A stretch of 31,873 bases of DNA, from positions 1-31,873 of the IMG/VR virus record IMGVR_UViG_3300033076_001170; one strand, given 5' to 3'. Origin of the DNA: a virus. Its lineage: Duplodnaviria; Caudoviricetes. Under the pieces are notes generated by a model. It did not search any database, was not told where the DNA came from, and worked only from the letters and a program-made list of their open reading frames with translations. Of the stretch, positions 1 to 8,721 are shown one piece after another. The stretch's first letter is position 1. The number at the start of each line of letters is the position of its first letter. The position numbers were made by a program, and so were the translations under genes.

Positions 1-1
1 T

Positions 2-55
2 GTTATCCCTGCCCAGGAAGTTACTTTCTGGCTGTTAAAACGGACGCAACGATGA
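2..55 (+). CDS. 3' end of an upstream hypothetical gene (partial)
   Basis: Frame 2 reads VIPAQEVTFWLLKRTQR then TGA at 53-55, overlapping the next ATG (ATGA junction typical of this array). Confidence 0.5.
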   Translation, partial: VIPAQEVTFWLLKRTQR

Positions 56-465
56 TTCCAGAAGATCACAAAACCGCAGTGATTTCAAATGGCATGCATT
101 TTATGCGAGCCATCACAGAGGCCTACGGTGCCGATGAGGGTTTGAAGTTGTGGGAACAGATTGCAAGTGTGCTAGATGGTGATGTTAAAGGACAGATCTT
201 TATGGCCATGGTCACTGGCAACTACAACGACCGAGTTCACTTAAAAGGTTTGTATCCTTCAGGTCAGTCTAATGCTGTGGCTTGCATCAAAGCAATTCGC
301 GAATGGGATAAACGTGGGCTAGGCTTGAAGGAAGCCAAGGACATGTATGATCGCGTGGCAAATTGTGAAACTCATCACAAAATCAGCAATGAATATCTGC
401 ATGTTGATCATGCAAGATATAGTCAGGCAGTGACAGCTCTTCGTAATGTAGGATTTAATGTATGA
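52..465 (+). CDS. Protein with a ribosomal protein bL12 (L7/L12) C-terminal-domain-like motif
   Basis: [27 protein letters not shown] resembles bL12 [25 protein letters not shown]; the N-terminal half is unrelated to bL12. Confidence 0.65.
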   Translation: [137 protein letters not shown]

Positions 466-617
466 CCAAGTTAGAATACAGCAAGACTGGTTTATGGTAC
501 ACAAAAAGCCACAAAGGCGAGCAAGTGAATCACTTGTTCAGAATTGGAACCACAACCATGGATGGTATGAAGATCTATGAAATTATCGTCGGTAAGTTTA
601 GACTGGCATGGTGTTAA
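462..617 (+). CDS. Small hypothetical protein (51 aa), not in ORF track
   Basis: MTKLEYSKTGLWYTKSH...RLAWC; ATGA overlap with the previous stop; fills the gap to 621. Confidence 0.65.
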   Translation: MTKLEYSKTGLWYTKSHKGEQVNHLFRIGTTTMDGMKIYEIIVGKFRLAWC

Positions 618-620
618 AGA

Positions 621-935
621 ATGAATAAAGTTGTTCGCGATGGGTTAGTTGCTGTTCTTTACTCGCCAGGCTATGGTGCTGGCTGGTCAACTTGGGCCAG
701 CCCTGAGATTCGCCAACAGATTTTGTTTGATCCAGGTCTTGTTGATTTGGTAGAGCACGAACGTTGGGAAGAGGCACAGGCTTATGCGATACTCAAGTAT
801 CCAGATTTCTACACAGGCGGCTTAGAAGATCTGCACATTGAGTGGATTCCTGTAGGCACACAGTTTATTGTATACGAGTATGACGGTAACGAAAGCATTG
901 AAAAACGCGACAGCATAGATTGGTACACAGCATGA
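621..935 (+). CDS. Conserved phage hypothetical protein
   Basis: AVLYSPGYGAGWSTW and EYDGNES motifs; tightly packed in the array. Confidence 0.8.
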   Translation: MNKVVRDGLVAVLYSPGYGAGWSTWASPEIRQQILFDPGLVDLVEHERWEEAQAYAILKYPDFYTGGLEDLHIEWIPVGTQFIVYEYDGNESIEKRDSIDWYTA

Positions 936-1207
936 AAGCAATGGTCACTCAAGTTGACAGAGATTCAAAAGATAACATTGTGTTCTTGGAAGACAAGTCT
1001 CATCTCTCAGGGTCAATAACTATCACCAACGATGCTGAAGCAGTAGTAGACTTTTGTCGCTCTCTTTATGGCAACCGGGTTCGAGTTGTTTACAAAGATA
1101 CAGACCAGGAATGGTGGGAGATCAAGTGGGAACTGCATCTCGATGGAACTCGCGTCAGTTTCAAACCCTGGCATGGTACAGTGTGGGATAAACTCTCAAA
1201 GGTGTAA
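932..1207 (+). CDS. Hypothetical protein
   Basis: Start placed at ATG 932 (ATGA overlap); contains ITNDAEAVV..RVVYKDTD..WWE. Confidence 0.75.
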   Translation: MKAMVTQVDRDSKDNIVFLEDKSHLSGSITITNDAEAVVDFCRSLYGNRVRVVYKDTDQEWWEIKWELHLDGTRVSFKPWHGTVWDKLSKV

Positions 1208-1208
1208 T

Positions 1209-1538
1209 ATGTATTTGATGTTAGGTAACGATAACAAACCTTCATTGCTTGTGTCAGTTGAGCAGGAACGTAGTCCTACAGAATTTGACTTCTGGGTTTT
1301 AAACGGAGCATGGCGAGGTGTATACACAAATGGTTATGTAACTGTTTTAGGAGCACCAAGTGGTGACTACAGTTCACTGGACAAAGTTGAAATTCTCACA
1401 GACAATCAAGACCGCCTCCGACATTATGTAGGTGAGTGGCGCGAAGTGTTTTATAACTGGGACAATCCCGATTATGTTGCACCTGAACGTAAAAAAGTAG
1501 AATTACCAGCAAGCTGGGATGACGATATCCCGTTTTAA
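1209..1538 (+). CDS. Hypothetical protein with SSB-like acidic C-terminal tail (WDDDIPF)
   Basis: Start at ATG 1209, 1 nt after the previous TAA; ends ELPASWDDDIPF. Confidence 0.75.
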   Translation: MYLMLGNDNKPSLLVSVEQERSPTEFDFWVLNGAWRGVYTNGYVTVLGAPSGDYSSLDKVEILTDNQDRLRHYVGEWREVFYNWDNPDYVAPERKKVELPASWDDDIPF

Positions 1539-1547
1539 GGACACAGT

Positions 1548-1841
1548 ATGAAAGCAGTAGGATGGATTGAGAATGGCGAAGTGCGTTGGTTAAGTCCTGG
1601 CCGGCCCCCTGAGAATACCACGCTGTTTGTGGAAGTGCCAGAACCTCCAGAAGATCGTGAGCCTATTGGCTACCGGCTGGAACCCATCTATGCACCACGA
1701 CGTGGATATGTCGTCACACAGGCATTCATTCTTTGCTCAAGTTGTGGTGGTGCTATATCATCTACAGGTGGTCCGGGCTATAACTCACTTTGCTTGAAGT
1801 GTCTGGACAAGTTGGATATTTTTAACAAGTTGATCCAATGA
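1548..1841 (+). CDS. Hypothetical zinc-ribbon protein
   Basis: AAGGA RBS; CSSC...CLKC cysteine pairs. Confidence 0.7.
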   Translation: MKAVGWIENGEVRWLSPGRPPENTTLFVEVPEPPEDREPIGYRLEPIYAPRRGYVVTQAFILCSSCGGAISSTGGPGYNSLCLKCLDKLDIFNKLIQ

Positions 1842-2032
1842 CGCCAGTCCCAGTTCCGGCAAACTACCACAGTATAGAACATTTGAGCGACTGGCTCAAG
1901 CAACATATTCCGCATGAGTTTGATGTGGATGGTGGTGTTCGTTGGATAATTGTCACTGGTTGGGACAATTGGCACATTACTTTCGTTCGCGACCAAGATG
2001 CAACTTACTTTAACTTAAAATGGCCACGCTAA
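1838..2032 (+). CDS. Hypothetical protein
   Basis: ATGA overlap; ends DATYFNLKW, a common tail in small phage proteins. Confidence 0.7.
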   Translation: MTPVPVPANYHSIEHLSDWLKQHIPHEFDVDGGVRWIIVTGWDNWHITFVRDQDATYFNLKWPR

Positions 2033-2036
2033 CATA

Positions 2037-2294
2037 ATGAATCTATGCAGAGTTAAAACATGGCTTATCTCATCTGGAGATGTTGCTGATGCGTATTGGT
2101 TACAAGAACAAGGAATCACCGCACACTACGATTCGGACAGCATCCCGTTTGCTGTTGGTAATCAAACGTATTATGTAAAAGGCACAACCAAGCTAACTGC
2201 GGAAACTACTACCGAAGAACAAGAACTAATGTTAAAATTAAAGTTCGCACCTAAACTATCACTGATGATGGACACAATAAATCGAATTGACTAA
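2037..2294 (+). CDS. Hypothetical protein
   Basis: ORF in a packed array. Confidence 0.7.
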   Translation: MNLCRVKTWLISSGDVADAYWLQEQGITAHYDSDSIPFAVGNQTYYVKGTTKLTAETTTEEQELMLKLKFAPKLSLMMDTINRID

Positions 2295-2315
2295 TAATTC
2301 AATTTGTAGTATACT
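2287..2315 (+). promoter_or_regulatory. Sigma70-type promoter
   Basis: TTGACT (2287-2292), 17 nt spacer, TATACT (2310-2315); ATG at 2322 lies at the expected +1. Confidence 0.7.
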
Positions 2316-2321
2316 ATGACT

Positions 2322-2525
2322 ATGATGACTCCTGAAAAAGAAAACACATTTAGAGCACTCAAGGACGAGCCTCCACTGGCAACACGACCTATTCGCTGTT
2401 GGCTAGGATGGCACAAGTGGTTGAAGTGGGGAGACCCTCGGCGACATCCAGGGAGCATCTATGTTCGCCAAAGCCGCTATTGTGCCGCATGTAACTATTA
2501 TCACGAACGAAAGTTTCAAGAATGA
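2322..2525 (+). CDS. Small Cys/His protein (DUF1660-like pattern), probably leaderless
   Basis: CWLGWHKW...CAAC; start could be 2316, 2322 or 2325. Confidence 0.65.
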   Translation: MMTPEKENTFRALKDEPPLATRPIRCWLGWHKWLKWGDPRRHPGSIYVRQSRYCAACNYYHERKFQE

Positions 2526-2803
2526 ACGAACGATTAAAACAACTTGCTCGCCAAGCTGGTATCAGTATTCTATATGAATATGACGGATACGATGGTCATG
2601 CCGCAGTTGCAAACTTAGCAGACATTGAAAAGTTTGCCAAATTACTCATTGAAGAAACTCTTACACAGGTTGCCGAACGTGCTTACTACACAGGCGATAG
2701 AGACTGGAGTGACGAAATCGATCGTCCATGGATTCAGTTAGAGTTTGGGTATGGAGAGTTACACGATGCAAAATATCACAAGGGTAAATGGGTGAAAAAA
2801 TGA
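2522..2803 (+). CDS. Hypothetical protein
   Basis: MNERLKQLARQAG...EKFAKLLIEE, a common small phage protein pattern; ATGA overlap. Confidence 0.75.
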   Translation: MNERLKQLARQAGISILYEYDGYDGHAAVANLADIEKFAKLLIEETLTQVAERAYYTGDRDWSDEIDRPWIQLEFGYGELHDAKYHKGKWVKK

Positions 2804-3072
2804 CAAATCTAACTTACTACAAAATCCGCAAGAAGAGTGACCCCACGCAGTTCCGCAAAGCAGACGGAACCTGGAATCAATCGGGCAAAGTCTATGACAC
2901 GCTGGGCAAACTTCGTGCTACAATTACCAACCACATGAACAGTAGCAGTGAGTATTATCGTGCTCGACTACAAGACTTTGAAATTGTTGAATACGAAGTT
3001 CGTGTTAAAGAAGTTAAACAACTGATCGACATTGTTGATCCTAAAAAAGTATGGGACCTGTTGAAAAAATGA
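2800..3072 (+). CDS. Hypothetical protein
   Basis: Start at ATG 2800 (ATGA overlap). Confidence 0.75.
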   Translation: MTNLTYYKIRKKSDPTQFRKADGTWNQSGKVYDTLGKLRATITNHMNSSSEYYRARLQDFEIVEYEVRVKEVKQLIDIVDPKKVWDLLKK

Positions 3073-3398
3073 ACTTTGCTAAATGGCTACTGTTGAGAAT
3101 CAAGCGCACACTAATTGGTGATGGGCGGTGGGAATGGATCAACGAATACCGCAGATTGATTCTCAGAGAAAAACCAATATCCATTCTTGTCACGATTTTT
3201 GGTGGGCTTATGTGGTTCTTGGTGTGTGGTATTTTAACTTTATGGTTAGCAGATGATAAAGAAACTGTGTTCCTTATCATGCGAGGCGTGTTGTTAAGTG
3301 TTCCTGCCTTTTACATCTACAACTGGCTGGCTGCACTATATGAAATCTACGATGCTGAACGCATGGCCACTTGGGAAAGGCTAAAGGAGGCAGAATGA
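3069..3398 (+). CDS. Hypothetical membrane protein (2 TM)
   Basis: Start at ATG 3069; hydrophobic ISILVTIFGGLMWFLVCGILTLWL and a second segment. Confidence 0.75.
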   Translation: MNFAKWLLLRIKRTLIGDGRWEWINEYRRLILREKPISILVTIFGGLMWFLVCGILTLWLADDKETVFLIMRGVLLSVPAFYIYNWLAALYEIYDAERMATWERLKEAE

Positions 3399-3760
3399 AC
3401 GATACACTAATACTCATTGCTCTGTTATTCACCAAACACTTCATTGTAGACTTTCCTTTACAAAACAAATATCAGTGGAGCAACAAAGGCACATACGGCC
3501 ATCCCGGCGGCCTGCTTCACGCTGCCTTGCATGGCAACGCTACCATGCTTTGCTTCTGGTGGTGGGCTCCGATGTCTTGTTTGATCCTGGGATTCATTGA
3601 TGCGTTTATTCACTATCACATTGACTGGGCAAAGATGAATCTCAACGCCCGTATGGGCTGGGGGCCAAATACACACGAACAGTTTTGGTGGCTGTTGGGA
3701 TTGGATCAATTCCTGCATGCTATGACATACGTTGGCCTGGTAGCATTAGTGACAGTATAA
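3395..3760 (+). CDS. DUF3307-family membrane protein
   Basis: GGAGG RBS; HFIVDFPLQ, LLHAALH, HYHIDWAK and DQFLH motifs. Confidence 0.85.
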   Translation: MNDTLILIALLFTKHFIVDFPLQNKYQWSNKGTYGHPGGLLHAALHGNATMLCFWWWAPMSCLILGFIDAFIHYHIDWAKMNLNARMGWGPNTHEQFWWLLGLDQFLHAMTYVGLVALVTV

Positions 3761-3784
3761 CGCTACGGCGATAATAAATAACCC

Positions 3785-4969
3785 ATGATTTCACCAACTT
3801 TTTGTTCCGCCCCTTGGTTTGCAGTTAGAATAAATCGCAATGGCAAATATATCCCTTGTTGTCAAATCGATATTTCTAAAACAGAATTTAAAGGAAGAAC
3901 AGAATACTCAATGCATGATTCGACATTGGATCAATGGATGACCAGTGACTATAGTCAATATCTTAGAAAGTCGCTGGACAGTCACGCTAAAATTCCTGAG
4001 TGCTCTAACTGTTGGCAGAAAGAAGCTAGCGGGATCACAAGCGAGAGACAAATTTTAAACAACACTACCACACGAAATCAAGGTAATAATTTAGACAGCA
4101 CGTGGATCCCATTATTTTTGAAGCAAAAAAATTATTCAAAATACAGTGTGTTAACTGCCGACGTTAAATTAAGTAATATTTGTAATTTTAGTTGTGCTAT
4201 GTGTTCCCCAATGGACAGTTCCAAGATGTCCACTCAATGGGCAAACAACAAAGAAGTATTTTTTGTAAAACAAATTCTTGAAAAAACACCGGACTATTTT
4301 GAGAAAATTTCTAATATCTACAAAGACACTAGAGATTATAATCATTTAACAAATATTTTAGAACAGCCCTTGCAAAATCTCAAGTTACTAGGCGGAGAGC
4401 CTCTGCTTGATAAAAAGTTGTTTAAAATACTTGGCTCAGTGAGTTCGGAAAAAAAATCTCAGATTGCATTGCATTTTATCACCAATGGTAGTCAGAGTCT
4501 TGTTGATGCAGTTCGGTCATTGGATGGGTATAGGTCAATTAGTTTTAGTGTCAGTCTCGAAGGGGTTGGAAAAATCCAAGAATACATACGTTCCGGAAGT
4601 GACTGGAAACAAACCGAAGAGAATATTATATCTGCAAAACAAAACGGGATAGACGTTGTGATCCATCATGTATTACAATCGTTATCTATTTTAGGAACAT
4701 CGGAACTATTTAAATGGTGCACCGAACATGATCTCAAACTTTCCTTCCAGAATCTGGTTCGTCCTGACTTTCTTTCTTTAGCTGTGCTTCCTGACTCAGT
4801 TAAGCAGAAAGCAATAGACACGTTATCACAAAATAGGCAGGTTGTTAATTACATTAGTAAAATAACACCTACCCCAGAAAAATATCCAGAATTTCTTGAA
4901 TATGTCAAGTGGCTAGATAGCCAATCTCCGGTAAAATTAATAGAAATTTACCCAGAATTACTCGGTTGA
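3785..4969 (+). CDS. Radical SAM enzyme with N-terminal SPASM/twitch-like Cys domain
   Basis: CNFSCAMC (CxxxCxxC), LLGGEP, ITNG and SLEG motifs; N-terminal C..PW, PCC and CSNC. Confidence 0.9.
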   Translation: MISPTFCSAPWFAVRINRNGKYIPCCQIDISKTEFKGRTEYSMHDSTLDQWMTSDYSQYLRKSLDSHAKIPECSNCWQKEASGITSERQILNNTTTRNQGNNLDSTWIPLFLKQKNYSKYSVLTADVKLSNICNFSCAMCSPMDSSKMSTQWANNKEVFFVKQILEKTPDYFEKISNIYKDTRDYNHLTNILEQPLQNLKLLGGEPLLDKKLFKILGSVSSEKKSQIALHFITNGSQSLVDAVRSLDGYRSISFSVSLEGVGKIQEYIRSGSDWKQTEENIISAKQNGIDVVIHHVLQSLSILGTSELFKWCTEHDLKLSFQNLVRPDFLSLAVLPDSVKQKAIDTLSQNRQVVNYISKITPTPEKYPEFLEYVKWLDSQSPVKLIEIYPELLG

Positions 4970-4994
4970 CCATTAATTCCCGTTTTGCTATAAT
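4966..4994 (+). promoter_or_regulatory. Sigma70-type early promoter (repeated cassette)
   Basis: TTGACC-attaattcccgttttgc-TATAAT; AGGAG RBS downstream. Confidence 0.9.
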
Positions 4995-5024
4995 ATACGC
5001 ATAGACAGCAAAAAGGAGCAGAAA

Positions 5025-5297
5025 TTGGACTACACACTTCGCATTTATAAAGTTGACCGTCGTACCATATCTGGTGAGCGCCTAGTAGGTACTTACAATT
5101 TTGAGCGTAAAGATGCTGCGGCTATGGACCGCGAAGTGCGCGAACTCCGTCCGCTTTACCCTGCTACCAAATACCGCATTATTTGGGAACAAAAATACAA
5201 AACAGTTAAGAGCTTGATGACTGGGCAGGATGTGAAAATTGCTAGCGACACTCCTTGGTGTTGTAACCCTGCCAGCGAAACGTTTTGGAGCATGTGA
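5025..5297 (+). CDS. Conserved phage hypothetical protein
   Basis: TTG start after AGGAG; C-terminal TPWCCNPASETFWSM. Confidence 0.8.
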   Translation: MDYTLRIYKVDRRTISGERLVGTYNFERKDAAAMDREVRELRPLYPATKYRIIWEQKYKTVKSLMTGQDVKIASDTPWCCNPASETFWSM

Positions 5298-5416
5298 TGT
5301 TTTATGTAGTATGTAAAGACCGGACTAAACATACATTTGAGTCCATCGATGAATTGTTTGCTTATGTAAACACCAACGATGTCGTGATTGAAGGTTTTGC
5401 AGGATATAAAGTATGA
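5297..5416 (+). CDS. Small hypothetical protein (39 aa), not in ORF track
   Basis: MFYVVCKDRTKHTFESIDELFAY...GYKV; TGATG junction. Confidence 0.6.
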   Translation: MFYVVCKDRTKHTFESIDELFAYVNTNDVVIEGFAGYKV

Positions 5417-5568
5417 AGTTCCGTCAATGGTGTCAAGAAATGTGGTATGAGCACTGTGCTGAACTAGAATCTTACTGCCAAGGGCTTCCGTACTCTGCAC
5501 AAGAATATTTTGCCAAGTACAAGTACTGGCTCAAACGTGAATACCGTCATCAACAAGGAGTGAAATAA
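5413..5568 (+). CDS. Small hypothetical protein (51 aa), not in ORF track
   Basis: MKFRQWCQEMWYEH...EYFAKYKYWLKREYRHQQGVK; overlaps both neighbours by stop/start junctions. Confidence 0.7.
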   Translation: MKFRQWCQEMWYEHCAELESYCQGLPYSAQEYFAKYKYWLKREYRHQQGVK

Positions 5569-6005
5569 TGGGCCTCGACATGTACGCTTATGTTGCTGCC
5601 AGGGCAGGTCAACAAAGTGAATTCTACGAAGGTGCTGAATGGGACCCGGAACTCAAGGAAAGTGTTAATCCCACGGTAACCAAGCCACGTGAGATCGCTT
5701 ACTGGCGCAAGCATCCTAACCTGCATGGATGGATGGAGCAACTCTGGCATCGCAAAGGACAACCTGGCTTTGAAGACGATGCCAGTCATGATCCAACCTT
5801 CAACGGTGTCGAACTTGAATTAACATACGATGACTTGGATGAGTTGGAACGTGCAGTGACACATGGTCAATTGCCTGCCACTTCGGGTTTCTTCTTTGGC
5901 AACGACGCCGACGAATACTATCGCGAAAGCGATTTGAATTTTATCAAGAACGCTCGTGCAGAGTTGTTCTTGGGTTTAAAAGTGTTTTATAATTCCAGCT
6001 GGTAA
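5568..6005 (+). CDS. Conserved phage hypothetical protein (MGLDMY...YWRK family)
   Basis: MGLDMY, IAYWRKHPNLHGW, GFFFG and YNSSW; AGGAG RBS. Confidence 0.85.
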   Translation: MGLDMYAYVAARAGQQSEFYEGAEWDPELKESVNPTVTKPREIAYWRKHPNLHGWMEQLWHRKGQPGFEDDASHDPTFNGVELELTYDDLDELERAVTHGQLPATSGFFFGNDADEYYRESDLNFIKNARAELFLGLKVFYNSSW

Positions 6006-6017
6006 GGCAGTAAATAC

Positions 6018-7388
6018 ATGATCAATTACGAAGACGAAAGGTTTGACGGTGTAGTGAGCTCAGGTTGGATTCGCGATCTTGAATCTAGCGATAGCCGGAT
6101 TCACAAAGAGAAAGTGATCGAAAAGGCTCTTATGGCCGCAAAACTTGGATCAGCTGATGCACAGGCTTTCTTGTTTAACTGCTATCAAGCCTACAATCCC
6201 TACTACACATTCCATATCAAGCAAGTGGAAGAAGTCTACGGTCAAGTAGATCGTCCCAACATTTGGCCCCGGTTCTGGGCACTGTTAGAGTCTCTTCGCA
6301 CTCGTTCAGTCACAGGCAATTCAGCTCGTGAAGCCATTGCTGAATGTGCAGAATTGTTTGATGATGCAGAATGGAATCAAGTGTGCCGTCGTGTGCTGAT
6401 CAAGGATCTGCGTTGCGGTATCTCTGAAAAGACGCTAAACAAAGTTCTTAAAAACTCTGAATGGATGATTCCTGTGTTCAGTTGCCAATTGGCACAAGAC
6501 TCAACAGACCAGCCCAAGAAACTCAAGGGCACCATGCGTCTTGAACCCAAGCTGGATGGTGTGCGTGTGTTGGCAGTTGTGCAAGGTATGAACATCAGTT
6601 TGTTCAGCCGAAACGGCAAAGAGTTTGCTAACTTTCCACAGATTGCTTTGGAAATCATGAAGCATCGCAGTGCATTCCAGCGCAACTTGGCGTCAGGTGG
6701 CCGCTTTGTGCTGGATGGCGAAGTCACCGGCGAAAGTTTCCAAAAGCTCATGAAGCAAGCACAGCGTAAATCAGACGTTGAAACAGATGGTATGGTGTAT
6801 AACATTTTTGACATTATCCCACTAGACGACTTCCAACGTGGTTACTGGAACGCACAACAATACAAGCGTTTTGATATTTTGGATCGTGTTCGCAGTTCCC
6901 TGGTCGATGAAACCTCTTGTTTGAAGATTGTCTCGGGTCTCGAAGTAGATTTGGACACTGCCGAAGGGCATGATATCATGAATCGCTATGCCCAGGATTG
7001 TGTTGCACAAGGTTTCGAAGGCATTATGATCAAAGCAGTAGATGCTCCGTATGTGTGCAAACGAGCAGACTACTGGATGAAATGGAAACCTACTATCACA
7101 GTAGACTTGACTATTGTGGGTTTTGAAGAAGGAACAGGTCGCAATGCAGGCCGCTTGGGTGCTATAATCTACGAAGGAGTTGATAATGAACGAAACATCT
7201 GTGTTAATGTTGGTACTGGCTACAGTGATCGCGATCGTGATGAGTTTTGGGCCCTACGGAATCAGTTACTTGGTGTCGTTGGTGAAATCGAAGCTGACGC
7301 AATTACGCAAAACCAAGACGGAACATACTCACTAAGGTTCCCGCGTCATAAACGATTCCGTGGGTTTGAACCAGGAGAAAAATTATGA
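6018..7388 (+). CDS. lig: ATP-dependent DNA ligase
   Basis: Motif I EPKLDGVR, SRNGK, LDGE, FDII, EGIMIK, KWKP, and OB-domain VGTG / SLRFP. Confidence 0.96.
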   Translation: MINYEDERFDGVVSSGWIRDLESSDSRIHKEKVIEKALMAAKLGSADAQAFLFNCYQAYNPYYTFHIKQVEEVYGQVDRPNIWPRFWALLESLRTRSVTGNSAREAIAECAELFDDAEWNQVCRRVLIKDLRCGISEKTLNKVLKNSEWMIPVFSCQLAQDSTDQPKKLKGTMRLEPKLDGVRVLAVVQGMNISLFSRNGKEFANFPQIALEIMKHRSAFQRNLASGGRFVLDGEVTGESFQKLMKQAQRKSDVETDGMVYNIFDIIPLDDFQRGYWNAQQYKRFDILDRVRSSLVDETSCLKIVSGLEVDLDTAEGHDIMNRYAQDCVAQGFEGIMIKAVDAPYVCKRADYWMKWKPTITVDLTIVGFEEGTGRNAGRLGAIIYEGVDNERNICVNVGTGYSDRDRDEFWALRNQLLGVVGEIEADAITQNQDGTYSLRFPRHKRFRGFEPGEKL

Positions 7389-7567
7389 TCGTAATTGCAA
7401 TGATCGTTACTGCTGTGGTATTCTTTGTGGCAGGTATGCATTATGCAACCTGGGATCAAAATCGTGATGACCCAGAAGCAGAAAAAAGCATTTGGTGGAT
7501 GGTAGTATTGTGCATCATTGGCCTTTACAATATGATTAACCTAATCGGAATGGCGTCAAGGGGATGA
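7385..7567 (+). CDS. Small membrane protein (2 TM)
   Basis: AGGAG RBS; two hydrophobic segments. Confidence 0.7.
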   Translation: MIVIAMIVTAVVFFVAGMHYATWDQNRDDPEAEKSIWWMVVLCIIGLYNMINLIGMASRG

Positions 7568-8028
7568 AAGAAACTTTCTACAAAAAAGTCGGACGCAGGT
7601 ATGTGCCTGTGTATGAATACGATCAAACACTAATGGACTCGTTCCCTAAAGGTAATCATGTTGTAATGTGCTACCCGGGCGGCCAAAGTCGCGTCTATAG
7701 CATTGATCCTAACTATGCGGCTTTGATTGCTGCTAGTCGTGCCGCACGTGATCCCATGCATGAGGCAATTCACAAAGCTTCGGAGATGCATCGTGCTGGA
7801 CATGAGAATACTTGTTTAACTAACGAACAGCACGAAGCATGGGAAAAGTTTAAAGAAGTAATGGGCGAACGTGGAAGTTACATTCAGTTTAAAAGCACAC
7901 ACGACATTGCTGAAGCGGGCATAAAGGCTCTAGAAGCCGAAGCTGATAAACTAATGAAACACGAAAGTGTAAAACATGCATACGAACAATTCCTGTTGGT
8001 ATGCAAATTAACCAAGGAGAATGAGTAA
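7564..8028 (+). CDS. Hypothetical protein
   Basis: ORF in the array with overlapping junctions. Confidence 0.8.
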   Translation: MKETFYKKVGRRYVPVYEYDQTLMDSFPKGNHVVMCYPGGQSRVYSIDPNYAALIAASRAARDPMHEAIHKASEMHRAGHENTCLTNEQHEAWEKFKEVMGERGSYIQFKSTHDIAEAGIKALEAEADKLMKHESVKHAYEQFLLVCKLTKENE

Positions 8029-8720
8029 TGTATGCAACAACAGTAAATGAATACCGCGATGCCACAGCGGTTAACCAGGCCATGGGGCGAGTGTATTTCC
8101 ACATGATGTGTGCAGTGATGGTATCAATGATGGTCAGTGCCTTTGTTGGCACAAATCACGAACTGATGCAGTTTTTCTTCACAGGCTTCATGAAGTGGGT
8201 TGTGATCTTTGCACCACTGGCAGCAGTGTTTGTGATCACTCCTATCTTATACAACGACCCTCCGACTCCAGTGGCAGTAGCAGCCTTGCATGGATTTGCG
8301 GCACTGATGGGGTTGAGTTTCTCAATGATCTTTGTGGTTTACACCTTGGGCAGTATCTTTACAGCGTTCATGGGCGCAGCGGTGTTGTTTGGTACCATGA
8401 GTTTTTATGGATACTTTACAAAACAAAATCTTGACTCGGTTGGCAAGTATGCGTTCGTGGCATTGATTGCAATTTGTATTGCTAGCATCATCAATATCTT
8501 TATTGGCAGCACTGTAATGCAAATGGTGATCTCTGCGATTGCTATTGTTGTATTCTTGGCACTTACTGCCTATGACACCCAGACCGTCCGCGAAATGGTT
8601 ACATCGGGTGATGCTACTCCAGCAGATGAAGTTTGCGGTGCGCTGACTCTGTACCTGGATTTTATCAATCTGTTTATCAACTTACTCCAACTGTTTGGCG
8701 TAATGAACAAGGACGACTAA
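8028..8720 (+). CDS. Bax inhibitor-1 / YccA family membrane protein
   Basis: About 7 TM segments; MGRVY, LTAYDTQ and GALTLYLDFINLF signature. Confidence 0.93.
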   Translation: MYATTVNEYRDATAVNQAMGRVYFHMMCAVMVSMMVSAFVGTNHELMQFFFTGFMKWVVIFAPLAAVFVITPILYNDPPTPVAVAALHGFAALMGLSFSMIFVVYTLGSIFTAFMGAAVLFGTMSFYGYFTKQNLDSVGKYAFVALIAICIASIINIFIGSTVMQMVISAIAIVVFLALTAYDTQTVREMVTSGDATPADEVCGALTLYLDFINLFINLLQLFGVMNKDD

Positions 8721-8721
8721 A

